Assembly: GCA_965218425.1 (NCBI GenBank)
Contig: OZ244621.1
Coordinates: 4,000,001 to 4,064,000, forward strand
Length of the DNA: 64,000 bases
From: an uncultured Candidatus Binatia bacterium
GTDB lineage: Bacteria; Desulfobacterota; Binatia; UBA9968; CAXXLF01
Direction: 5' to 3'
Below, piece by piece: positions 21,954 to 31,366 of this stretch. The position numbers and the translations under genes are program-made. The notes under the pieces are model-generated. The model was given only the letters and a program-made list of their open reading frames with translations, ran no database searches and was not told the origin of the DNA. Each line of letters begins with the position of its first letter. The first letter of the stretch is position 1.

Positions 21954-22685
21954 CTACTTCACCTGGGGCAACCTGGGCCACTCCTCCAGTAGTCTGCCGG
22001 CACCAGGCACTCGAAACTTCAAACCCAGCCTCGATAAAATATTCCAGAGCATGGCAGGGTTACTGGCTACAACCGGGCTGGATAACCCTCGTTCAATTCG
22101 CGCCACCACCGCCAGAGGATCCAGCACACCTCCCTGAAAATAAATAGCCTGAAAATCTTTGACTGACTCGACGCATTTCTTAGTCAGCGAAAAAACATCA
22201 TCTGGTCCCAGCTTTGTTGCGTCCTTATAGTCTTTGAACGGCGGAGGCGGAGAAATCGCTTTTAAGCCTTGTTTGGCCAGGTAGCCCCTGATCAACTGAT
22301 TCATAGAGTCATCAAAGGGTGTCATCAGAAGGAACTGCTTCGCTGAGAAGGCCCTGAGCGCAGTTACACAGGATTCCAGTGCCGTTGACACCGGCACTTT
22401 TATGGCTCCGTGGAGTTCTTCCGCCAGCCCCGGGTTCATGAGCTCCAGGGGCGCGCCGCCGACAAACACGCCCTGCCAACCGTTGGCCCGCACCAGCTCG
22501 CTAACCTTCTCTATCACCGCCCCCGTTTTACCCCTGAAATCGTTGAATGAGGTTCGAACGAACTCCAACCCATCGATGTCCATCTGCACCCCTTCCGGCA
22601 CCACCGCCTTGAAGCTCTCGATATGGGGGCTCGCCCCGGAAACAGGACTGACAAATCCGATCTTGGCCTTGATGGTCCGAGCCAT
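21954..22685 (-). CDS. Maleate isomerase/arylmalonate decarboxylase-like protein (Asp/Glu racemase superfamily)
   Basis: KIGFVSP, LLMTPF, PVVASNPAMLW, GAGRLL. Confidence 0.8.
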   Translation of the reverse strand: MARTIKAKIGFVSPVSGASPHIESFKAVVPEGVQMDIDGLEFVRTSFNDFRGKTGAVIEKVSELVRANGWQGVFVGGAPLELMNPGLAEELHGAIKVPVSTALESCVTALRAFSAKQFLLMTPFDDSMNQLIRGYLAKQGLKAISPPPPFKDYKDATKLGPDDVFSLTKKCVESVKDFQAIYFQGGVLDPLAVVARIERGLSSPVVASNPAMLWNILSRLGLKFRVPGAGRLLEEWPRLPQVK

Positions 22686-22769
22686 AATCCCTCCTGTTCT
22701 GGCGATTGGGGTCAGACTGAGCTAGCCCGAGCATGACGGACACCCTCAGGTTAACCGCAGCGTCTTTTT

Positions 22770-23834
22770 CTAAAGTCCGTAGAACGCCTGGGAGTTGCTC
22801 TCCAGGATCTTGTGGGCCTGATCGTTGCTGATCCTGCTCTCGTCCACCCAGTTATGCACCTCGTTCAACCCGCTCAGGTTGGCGGAGATATCGGTATGGC
22901 TGTAGTCCGTGCCGATCATCAGGTGGTCTTCAGTTCCGAACTTCAGCAGGGACTCAATGTCGTCAATAGGGTCAATGGTGATGAACGCACGGTTCTCTCG
23001 AAACAGTCCCGGCTCCAGTTTGAACAGGTGGGGCAATCGACTCTGCCGACCTCGCAGTGCCGCACGCTTCTTAGCTCCCAATTGCGACATTACATAAGGA
23101 ATCCAGGACGCTCCGGACTCAATGAAACCAAACCGGAGTTTCGGGAACTTCTTTGGAACCCCGGAGCTTACCAGCTCACCGAAGGAGTACATGACAGGAA
23201 AGCCCCTGTCCCATTCGTGGCCGGGCAGCGGGTGGCCCGTGTGAATGCACAGAGGCAGCTCGAGTGCATTGGCCTCCTCATAGATTGGAAAGAAGTGCGG
23301 GTCGGTGACTTTCCTGTCGAGGTCAAACCCCCGCTTGAAGATGCCACAGGCCCCGTGCTCCTTTGCCCAGCGCAGTTCCTCAACGGCTTTGTCGGGCTGC
23401 AGCAAAGGCAACACAGCCGCCCACTGCAACCGCCCATTTGTTGGCGCACATTTCTCGGCAAGCCAGCGGTTGTAGGTGGTGGTCAGTGCCCATTCGGCTT
23501 CGGCGCTGTTCGTGTTGTAGCGGATGAAGAAGGTGGGGAATATAACCTGCACATCTACGCCCATCTCGTCCATATGGGCTAAGCGGCCCTGTACGTCCTC
23601 CAGCTCTCGCCGCACCCGGAGTGGATGATTCACTTCGTCGCGGATGGCACGGTTCTGCAGCCTGCCTTCAACCACCCATCTGCGGCTGTTGGTCGGGTTT
23701 AAGCCGGCACGTCTGGCCTCTTCTGGCGGTAAAGTGACTGTTACCGGTATATACTTTGCGTAGGGAGTACCCTCCAACTTTGCCCAGGTGGACTCTGACT
23801 CGTCAACATGTGTATCGGCATCAATCACTGGCAT
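22770..23834 (-). CDS. Amidohydrolase_2 family protein (decarboxylase/hydratase-type)
   Basis: IDADTHV, YNRWLAE, CIHTG, FIESGASW, GTDYSH. Confidence 0.88.
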   Translation of the reverse strand: MPVIDADTHVDESESTWAKLEGTPYAKYIPVTVTLPPEEARRAGLNPTNSRRWVVEGRLQNRAIRDEVNHPLRVRRELEDVQGRLAHMDEMGVDVQVIFPTFFIRYNTNSAEAEWALTTTYNRWLAEKCAPTNGRLQWAAVLPLLQPDKAVEELRWAKEHGACGIFKRGFDLDRKVTDPHFFPIYEEANALELPLCIHTGHPLPGHEWDRGFPVMYSFGELVSSGVPKKFPKLRFGFIESGASWIPYVMSQLGAKKRAALRGRQSRLPHLFKLEPGLFRENRAFITIDPIDDIESLLKFGTEDHLMIGTDYSHTDISANLSGLNEVHNWVDESRISNDQAHKILESNSQAFYGL

Positions 23835-24013
23835 GGCAAAACCTCCTACACTTGCTACAACTAGGATTCGCTCAACCGACCCATTCCAGGCAAGCCTACC
23901 AATCTTTCAGGGCAGTCTCAAGGTTGGTAAATTGTGAGTTGGAATTGGTGAGAGGCAGAGGCCCAAGATAGCAAAGGGGTCAGCCGCTACCACTAGACGC
24001 TGGATCTTTAAGT

Positions 24014-24367
24014 TTAGTCGCAGTAGAACTCCACCCAGTAGCCGTTGGGATCGCAGAAGTAGACGCTTCGGTTTCCCCGTTGTCCTTCGATCTTCACCTT
24101 TTCCTTCTTGAGACGTTTCTTGACCTGGTTCATGACGGGGCGAGAGACGCTAAAGCCAAAGTGATCCAATCCCCGGGACGTCTTGAGCGTTTCCCTGCTC
24201 TTCACAAAGTCCAGGAGATCATCCTGTTTTGGCCAGCGGAGAAAAAGCCTTTTTGGGGGATGACGAAATGCGACTTCGAGGCCCAACACTTCCGTGTAAA
24301 ATCGCTCCGTTTTTTCAAGATCACCTGTCTTTAACGATAAGTGACGTAGGCCGGTGTTACGCTTCAT
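24014..24367 (-). CDS. VOC (glyoxalase-like) protein
   Basis: LRHLSL, LDHFGF, YFCDPNGYWVE. Confidence 0.88.
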   Translation of the reverse strand: MKRNTGLRHLSLKTGDLEKTERFYTEVLGLEVAFRHPPKRLFLRWPKQDDLLDFVKSRETLKTSRGLDHFGFSVSRPVMNQVKKRLKKEKVKIEGQRGNRSVYFCDPNGYWVEFYCD

Positions 24368-24399
24368 TTGAACCCTCCCTTTGGTCCATGTCGAACCTG

Positions 24400-26718
24400 T
24401 TACTTGCTACGAGATTGATCCTTTTCGGATGTGAGGGCAAGAAAAATCTTCTCCCCCGTTACCGGGAGCTCTTTGATTCGCACCCCCACGGCGTCAAAGA
24501 CAGCATTGGCGATGGCAGGCGCCACGGGAATAAGGGCGGTCTCACCGATCCCCTTGGCCCCCAGGGGCCCCTCGCTGTGGGGGATCTCCAGAGCGATGGG
24601 TTCAATCACCTCCGGCATATCTCCCAGTGCCGGCAGGATGTAGTCGATAAAATTAGGATTCACCAGTTGCCCGTTGTCGAAGACGAGTTCTTCAAACATG
24701 GCTTGCCCCATGCCGGTGATGGCCGCGCCACGAAGTTGTTGCTGACAACCCAGAGGGTTAACCGCCTTTCCCACGTCCACCGCGGTGGCATACTTCAGGA
24801 TCTTTAGCTTGCCAGTCCTTTGATCCACTTCCACCTCGATGGCACCTGCCCCCACGAACCAGAAGGCAGAGGTCATCTTCTCCCCATTGGGCTGCGCGGC
24901 CTGAGTCCGCACTTCTCCCTGACCCAGCAGAGTGCCACCGGGCATGCCAAAGTGCTTGAAGAGCACTTCTTTGTAATCCAGCGCTGTTTCCGGAAGTCTC
25001 ACCTTGCCACCGGACAAAGTCAAATGCTTGGCTGAAATCCCGTATTCACTAGTGACAATATCCTTTAACTGTTGGCCGATATCCCTGGCTGCCAACTGGA
25101 CAGCCTTACCCATATGAAAAGTGGACCGGCTGGATGAAGTGGTCAGATCGTAAGGCGCCACGTCGGTGTCTGCGGCCAACACCTGGATTCTATCCATCGG
25201 GATCTCCAGCTCATGGTTGACCATCTGTGCCAGGACCGTTTCAGAGCCTTGACCCATTTCCACGGTGCCGGTAAAAATAGTGGCACTTCCGTCCTCGTTG
25301 AGCTTCACCGTTGCACATGAGACGGACGGGGTGATGGTGGCCTTGATCAAACAGGCGATACCCTTTCCCCGGCGACTCTGACCGTTACGGGACTGAGGCG
25401 GTTTTTTCTTCCAATCCACCGACGCCGCCACTTTTTCCAGGCAGCTCTTCAAGCCGATGCTGGATAGATGCTCACCGGTCACGAACTCGCTCCCCTCCTC
25501 GTAGGCGTTTTTGAGGCGAATCTCTAAAGGGTCCATCTTCAAGGCAGCCGCGATGATGTCCATCTGGGACTCATTGGCCCAGGCGGATTGGGACACCCCA
25601 AAACCGCGGAATGCACCTGCCGGGGGTTTATTGGTATAGACGGACAGCGAGTCAATCTTTACATTGGGGATTTTATAAGGTCCCGCTGCGGTGTAGCCTG
25701 ATTTCATGGCCACTCGCGGCCCGATCTCGGCATAGGCGCCGGTATCAAATAGCATCTCGCACTCACGCGCCACCAGGGTTCCGTCCTTCTTTACACCCGT
25801 TTTCAATCTGATGGCCGCGGCGTGTTTTGTAACGGTGAAAAATACCTCTTCGCGAGTGAGTAAAATTCGCACCGCCAGCCCCGCCTTTTTAGCCAGGGCA
25901 ACCGTCAGGGGTTCCAGTTTGGGATAGACCTTGCTCCCGTAACCGCCTCCCAAGTATGGAGCAACCACCCGAACCTTGGATACCGGAACCTTGAAGATAT
26001 TGGCGAGCTGGGTGCGCACCACAAAGGGATTCTGAGTGGTGGACCAGACCGAAATACGTCCGTCCGCTTCAACTGAGGCAATACAACCATGGGGCTCCAG
26101 GGCCGCATGCTGTGTGGTGGGTAGGGCAAAGGTATCCTCAAAAATGTGATCCGATTCCTTGAAACCTCTTTCCACATCGCCCTTTGTAAGCTTGAAATGG
26201 GTGCAGATATTCGTTCCTTCCACGGCTTCAATCTCAGCCAGATCAGCAAAGCCGCGCACCGGTTTCTGAACCGTCTCGTGCACCAGGGATGCGCCCTTTT
26301 TAGCGGCCTCGTTTACATCATATACCGCTGGAAGCTCCTCGTATTCCACGTCAATGGCCTGAATGGCCTCTTGCGCTGTACCCGGATCCCTTGCGGCAAC
26401 CGCTGCAATGGGATCGCCCACATGGCGGACCTTTTCCACGGCCACAATGGTCTGATCCTTGAAGACGGGTCCGTAGTAGGGATCAATCCCCCGGTCTTTG
26501 ACAATGTCATCGCGGGTGAGTACCGCGAGGACTCCCGGTATCTTCAATGCATTGGAGGCATCGATGCTTCCAATCCGCGCGTGGGGGACCTGACTGCGCA
26601 GCACGCGTCCATAGCACATGCCGGGGACTTGCATATCGGCGAGATAAACTGCCCGACCGGTGACCTTGGCCTTGACGTCCAGGCGACGTACCGAGTTTTT
26701 AATAGAATGATCTGCCAT
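24400..26718 (-). CDS. Xanthine dehydrogenase family molybdopterin-binding subunit
   Basis: GGGYGSK, AFRGFG, EMGQG, GAKGIGE. Confidence 0.93.
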   Translation of the reverse strand: MADHSIKNSVRRLDVKAKVTGRAVYLADMQVPGMCYGRVLRSQVPHARIGSIDASNALKIPGVLAVLTRDDIVKDRGIDPYYGPVFKDQTIVAVEKVRHVGDPIAAVAARDPGTAQEAIQAIDVEYEELPAVYDVNEAAKKGASLVHETVQKPVRGFADLAEIEAVEGTNICTHFKLTKGDVERGFKESDHIFEDTFALPTTQHAALEPHGCIASVEADGRISVWSTTQNPFVVRTQLANIFKVPVSKVRVVAPYLGGGYGSKVYPKLEPLTVALAKKAGLAVRILLTREEVFFTVTKHAAAIRLKTGVKKDGTLVARECEMLFDTGAYAEIGPRVAMKSGYTAAGPYKIPNVKIDSLSVYTNKPPAGAFRGFGVSQSAWANESQMDIIAAALKMDPLEIRLKNAYEEGSEFVTGEHLSSIGLKSCLEKVAASVDWKKKPPQSRNGQSRRGKGIACLIKATITPSVSCATVKLNEDGSATIFTGTVEMGQGSETVLAQMVNHELEIPMDRIQVLAADTDVAPYDLTTSSSRSTFHMGKAVQLAARDIGQQLKDIVTSEYGISAKHLTLSGGKVRLPETALDYKEVLFKHFGMPGGTLLGQGEVRTQAAQPNGEKMTSAFWFVGAGAIEVEVDQRTGKLKILKYATAVDVGKAVNPLGCQQQLRGAAITGMGQAMFEELVFDNGQLVNPNFIDYILPALGDMPEVIEPIALEIPHSEGPLGAKGIGETALIPVAPAIANAVFDAVGVRIKELPVTGEKIFLALTSEKDQSRSK

Positions 26719-26728
26719 GCTGCGATCC

Positions 26729-27190
26729 CTATCGACCTGCAACTTTCTGGATGGCTTCAACAATTTCGTGGTAGCACCCGCACCGACAAAAGTTTCCCGT
26801 TAGATAGCTGCGGATCTCCGCCACAGTCGGGTGGGGATTTTCCGCCAACAGCGCTTTGGCGGTCAGAATAAATCCCGAGGTGCAATAACCGCACTGTAAC
26901 GCTCCAAAATCCATGAAGGCCTCTTGCACAGGGTCTAAAGTGTCTCCGTTTCCCAATCCTTCGATAGTCGTGACGCTACAACCGCCGGCATCCACCGCAA
27001 GGGTAGAACAGGCGCTCACCGGTTTGCCATCCAGCAGCACGGTGCAAGTGCCACACACCTGGATATCGCAGCCAAGCTTTGCGCCGGTCAATGCTAGATG
27101 GTCCCGTAAAACCTCCAGTAGGGTTACTCGAGGTTCCACCTCCATCTCCCGCTCTCTACCGTTAACCGTGATACGAACGGATTTCTTCAT
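26729..27190 (-). CDS. [2Fe-2S]-binding small subunit (CoxS-like)
   Basis: GCDIQVCGTC...C; QCGYC...CRC. Confidence 0.93.
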   Translation of the reverse strand: MKKSVRITVNGREREMEVEPRVTLLEVLRDHLALTGAKLGCDIQVCGTCTVLLDGKPVSACSTLAVDAGGCSVTTIEGLGNGDTLDPVQEAFMDFGALQCGYCTSGFILTAKALLAENPHPTVAEIRSYLTGNFCRCGCYHEIVEAIQKVAGR

Positions 27191-28074
27191 GACTTCTTTG
27201 CTGCCGCCTCCGCCCGCTCGTAGGCCTTTGGAACGGCCTGTCTGAGCAGGGCGCTCACCATCTCCCTCTTGTATCTCTCCGATCCGCGCAGGTCGTCCAG
27301 TGGACTGCACTCCTGAGAGGCCAGGTGGGCGGCCTCCTCCACTGCGTCAGGCTTGATCTGCTTCCCCTCCAACGCCTGTTCCGCCTTGCGGGCGCGTATG
27401 GGTGTGGGAGCAACGCAACCCAGGGCAATCCTCACGTTGCGACAGATTCGATTCTTCGGCTCCAGGGTAATCCGCACCGAAACCCCAACGCAGGGTTTGT
27501 CCACCACCGAACCGCTGGAAAACCGGATATACTCCACGCCTGTACGGGGAGGCGCAGGGGGAATTTCCACCTGGGTCAGGACCTCGTCATCGGCAAGAAC
27601 AGTCCGGTAATAGTCCAGAAAGAGCTCCTCTAGCGCCAGGGTGCGTTTTCCCGATGCCCCAAGAATGTTAACCCGGGCATCAAGGGAGATGAATAGGGAC
27701 GGCAGATCTGTCAGAGGTTCCCCCGAGGCCAGATTTCCACCTACGGTTCCCATGCTGCGCACCCGGATGTTCGCCACCTCCCGCTCCACGTGGCGCAGGA
27801 TGGGAAGTTTTTTCAAGACCAGTTCCGACGTCTCCAGATCGTGATGGGTAACCAGGGCTCCAATAATCAAACCCTTGGTAGAATCATATGAAATGTTCCT
27901 GAGATTGGGGATCCTCTTGATGTTGATCAAGGCCTTGGGTCGAAGCAGCCCCTGCTTCAGGAGAATAGTAAGGCCGGTACCTCCCGCGTAAACCCGCGCC
28001 TCCCCTCCGTATTGCTCGAGCAGGCTGCACGCCTCACCCACCGTGGCCGGTTCAAGGTACTCGAAGTCTCTCAT
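27187..28074 (-). CDS. FAD-binding medium subunit (CoxM-like)
   Basis: AGGT, GTVGGNL, DLRGSERYK. Confidence 0.92.
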   Translation of the reverse strand: MRDFEYLEPATVGEACSLLEQYGGEARVYAGGTGLTILLKQGLLRPKALINIKRIPNLRNISYDSTKGLIIGALVTHHDLETSELVLKKLPILRHVEREVANIRVRSMGTVGGNLASGEPLTDLPSLFISLDARVNILGASGKRTLALEELFLDYYRTVLADDEVLTQVEIPPAPPRTGVEYIRFSSGSVVDKPCVGVSVRITLEPKNRICRNVRIALGCVAPTPIRARKAEQALEGKQIKPDAVEEAAHLASQECSPLDDLRGSERYKREMVSALLRQAVPKAYERAEAAAKKS

Positions 28075-28165
28075 ACAAGGTCTAAATTCTTACCGATAAA
28101 ACGTTTAACACGACGACATTGAGCAACTATTTTTTTCGCCAAGATGTCGGCAAGTTAAAACCCTA

Positions 28166-28341
28166 ATTCCAAAGCACGAAATCCTATACAATTTCAAAAC
28201 TTCAAACTATCAATGTTCAAAACCTATGACAAAAACTCTCGCGTTTCTTGCAAAGACGACAATCCAGGCACTTAAGACAAGGGGGTTGATCTTTTTGTTT
28301 TGAACTTTGGTAATTTGAATTTGTTTCGAGTTTCGAATTTG
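28166..28341. repeat. Long imperfect AT-rich inverted repeat in the ubiD/Mo-hydroxylase spacer
   Basis: GTTCAAAAC 28215-28223 / GTTTTGAAC 28297-28305, extending outward with TTCAAA/TTTGAA units. Confidence 0.6.
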
Positions 28342-28434
28342 TAATCTTGTTTATACCTGGCGCCCTTTGCGTCTTTGCGCAAGGCATTTTTTTCTTGATT
28401 TCGTCATCTATCCTTCAGCTGCAAATCTCAACTA

Positions 28435-29784
28435 TTATTTTATGTACTTGACCTTGTCGACTCCGGGGACCCTGACCCTGTCGAATCGCTCATGCTCCCC
28501 TATGGGCATGGTGGCGTCCATCCCCCACCCCGCCGTGGTACGAGGCTTCGGGACCGATGGATCCAAGGTGGAACTGGCGAGACGTGGAATAATAATGATA
28601 TCCCGATCGGGCTGCATGCGGGTGCTGGCGGCCCAATCCACTTCGAGAGGGTTGTTCACGTTGATGTCCTCGTCCACAACCGTCACATGCTTGATGCCAA
28701 CTCCCGAGGCTAAAAGGGCCAGGATGACGTTTCTCGCCTCCTCCTCCTGCCTCTTCTTGATGGATACCACCACATGATGTCGAAAGGTCCCGCCCGCTGT
28801 CAGGCAGATCCCCCTCACCTCCGGGACGATCTTTTTTACCTCGCGGTAAACATGGGCGGCGTTGGCATATTTGATTAGCGTATGGTTCTCCGTCACGGGA
28901 AATCCTGCCAGACAGGTTTGATAGATTGGATTTTCCCGCATGGTGATGGCCTTCACTATTAATACTGCGGCCTGCTTGGCCTCACTGTAGCAGCCCTGGT
29001 ACTCCCCGTAGGGGCCATCGGTAATTCGTTCTCCCGGAAGGGTCACCCCTTCAATCACAATTTCTGCTGAAGCCGGCACTTCCACATCGATGGTCTGGCA
29101 CTTCCTCAGCTTAACGGGGGAACCCCGCAATCCTCCGGCAACTTCGAACTCGTCCACTCCCATGGGAACCTTTGCCTGAGATCCCACCACGATGGCCGGA
29201 TCCACTCCGATGGCAGTCGCCACTTCGAGTCCTTCGCCCCTTTCCTCCGCCTTGGCGATGAAACGGCCCAGGTGGTGGTCGGGAGGCGCCCAGAGAGACA
29301 GACGATCTTTACCCGACCGCAACATTCGGTGAATGGAAACGTTACGCTCACCGGTATCAGGATCTTTGCCCACCTGCACACCGATGGTAATGTACGGACC
29401 CACGTCCCGCTCCGAATGGGTAACGATGGGCAGGCGGTTGAGGTCAATCTGCGCGCCTGTCCAGGTGGTGGCTTTTTCTGCGCCACCGGAGACCAGTTGC
29501 GGAGGAATGCGTTTGTCCTCGAGGGTGAGGTATCTTTCCAGCAGTTCCTCTTCATTAACTCGCAGTCCGAGGGCCACCAGCTTCTCCGTGGCAAACAGCC
29601 CGCCCAATACCCGCCAGTTAGGAAAACCCTTAACTTTTTCAAACAAAAGGGCAGGACCCTTGACATCGGACGTTTTCCGAATACCCGCAGCGATTTCGAA
29701 TTTTGGATCCACCTCCTCGCTAACTCTAAGTAACTGCCCCTGGTCCTCCAGATGAGATAGGTAACTGCGTAGGTCTTCAAACAT
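28435..29784 (-). CDS. UbiD-family (prFMN-dependent) decarboxylase
   Basis: NVSIHR, EIVIEG, DGPYGEY, VVDEDI, DATMP. Confidence 0.93.
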   Translation of the reverse strand: MFEDLRSYLSHLEDQGQLLRVSEEVDPKFEIAAGIRKTSDVKGPALLFEKVKGFPNWRVLGGLFATEKLVALGLRVNEEELLERYLTLEDKRIPPQLVSGGAEKATTWTGAQIDLNRLPIVTHSERDVGPYITIGVQVGKDPDTGERNVSIHRMLRSGKDRLSLWAPPDHHLGRFIAKAEERGEGLEVATAIGVDPAIVVGSQAKVPMGVDEFEVAGGLRGSPVKLRKCQTIDVEVPASAEIVIEGVTLPGERITDGPYGEYQGCYSEAKQAAVLIVKAITMRENPIYQTCLAGFPVTENHTLIKYANAAHVYREVKKIVPEVRGICLTAGGTFRHHVVVSIKKRQEEEARNVILALLASGVGIKHVTVVDEDINVNNPLEVDWAASTRMQPDRDIIIIPRLASSTLDPSVPKPRTTAGWGMDATMPIGEHERFDRVRVPGVDKVKYIK

Positions 29785-29936
29785 CTCTACTCCTTTGGGA
29801 AGCCTTTCTTGAATATTAGGCTTTGAAATGCCTTACCTAGCATGGAACTCCGCTATTTAAAAGAAACCGAAACCGCCCCTAGACACTTGTGGAATCTCAC
29901 CGACCGTCATAACTTAACCCTGGATCGAAACCGGTT

Positions 29937-31052
29937 ATGGCAACGAACTCAGACACGATTACGGTGGGGGTCAGTCTTCCAAAGACCGGCCGGTACGCAA
30001 AAACCGCTGCCGTGTACTATAGCCGTGCCTACGATCTCTGGTTACAGCAGGTCAATCAAAGAGGCGGGCTGCTGGGGAAGCGTGTCGTTCTCAGGGTTTA
30101 TGACGACGAGAGCCAACCTGCCAAAGCTGCGGAGCGTTACAGGCAATTGATCCATAAAGACAAAGTGGAACTCCTGCTGGGGCCTTGTCACAGCGCGCTG
30201 GTGGAGGCGGTGGCTCCCATGGTGGAGGATGCGCACAAGCTTCTGCTGCAAGGGAGCGGGAGTTCACACGAAATCTTTCGCAAGGGACGAAAATATCTCT
30301 TCCTGTGTTGGTCCGGCTGCGACTTCGACTACCCAAAGAGCTTCCTCGAATTTTGTTTGACCAAACCTGAAAAGTTGCCGGGGAAAAGGGCCGCCCTAGC
30401 ATACACGGATGGGAGAATCGGGAATGCCGTGGCTCTGGGAGTAAAACACTATGCCAAGGTTCATGGGGTTGATCTCGTGTGCGAAAAGGTCATAGGTGAA
30501 TCCCCCGTGGACTACGCCGGGTTCATGGGGCGTGTAAAGGCATCTAACCCTGATGTCGTCCTGGTGGGCCTCGACCATGTTCGCCCGGACAATCCCATGC
30601 ACGAATGCGTATCCCATGCCTTAAGGGTTGGACTCAAGGGAACACAGCTTTGGCTTTCCGATAACCCGGCGCCCCGGGACCTTCAGCTGGGCGATGCCAT
30701 CAACGGGGTCTTCATGCGTGGGAGTTGGGTCCCGGTTGCCCAAGATCTCCTGTCCATGGAATTTACCGCGAGCTTTAAGGCCGCCTACGGAAGTAATCCA
30801 GAGTATCATTCTGCCGGCGGGTATGCGTGCTGTCAGGTTCTGGAGCGGTTGGTCCAGGATACGGGGAGCACGGACAACGAGACCCTGAGAGAAAATTTAT
30901 TGAAGATGGAGTTCGATACCGTGATGGGTAAGCTGCGCTTCGCCAATGATGGACTTCCATTGGCCACCATCCAGCTCTGCCAGTGGCAAAATGGAACCCT
31001 GGAGATCGTTTACCCCGAATCAGCAAAGACCCGTGACGCGATAATTATCTAA
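29937..31052 (+). CDS. Branched-chain amino acid-type (type 1) solute-binding protein without signal peptide
   Basis: VNQRGGLLGKRV..YDDES, LLGPCHS, TVMGKLRF, QWQNG. Confidence 0.85.
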   Translation: MATNSDTITVGVSLPKTGRYAKTAAVYYSRAYDLWLQQVNQRGGLLGKRVVLRVYDDESQPAKAAERYRQLIHKDKVELLLGPCHSALVEAVAPMVEDAHKLLLQGSGSSHEIFRKGRKYLFLCWSGCDFDYPKSFLEFCLTKPEKLPGKRAALAYTDGRIGNAVALGVKHYAKVHGVDLVCEKVIGESPVDYAGFMGRVKASNPDVVLVGLDHVRPDNPMHECVSHALRVGLKGTQLWLSDNPAPRDLQLGDAINGVFMRGSWVPVAQDLLSMEFTASFKAAYGSNPEYHSAGGYACCQVLERLVQDTGSTDNETLRENLLKMEFDTVMGKLRFANDGLPLATIQLCQWQNGTLEIVYPESAKTRDAIII

Positions 31053-31088
31053 CCGAACACAATTAGGGGTAGAAGAAAAAGATATTTA

Positions 31089-31320
31089 GCCGCAGATTTA
31101 AGCGGACGGCTAAGCGCAGAGCGCAAAGCGACTCATCAGTGACGAGTAGCGAGGACCGAGTGGGAAATTAAGAGAGAGTGAAGGGTGTAGGGGGAGGTGA
31201 AGTCCAGACTCTATACCCAACCCCCCTACACCCTGAACTGATCGCTGAACACTTAACACGGCTTCACTGTTTTCTGCTAACTGCCCGCTGCTAGTTTCCC
31301 TTTGCGTCTTTGCGCGAAAA
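31089..31320. repeat. Intergenic nested inverted repeats between convergent genes
   Basis: Perfect 13-bp IR AGGGTGTAGGGGG 31182-31194 / 31222-31234; CCCTTTGCGTCTTTGCGC at 31298-31315 also at 28363-28380. Confidence 0.6.
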
Positions 31321-31366
31321 TCTTTGCTCGATTCCCTCTCTTTAACTATTGGTAAGCAACTGAGAA

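Noticed and set aside
24400..28074. Aerobic CO dehydrogenase (coxMSL)
   Set aside because: Active-site loop is AFRGFG, not AYxCSFR (form I) or AYRGAGR (form II)
28140..31320. CRISPR array
   Set aside because: Repeats are degenerate, inverted and not regularly spaced; no cas genes
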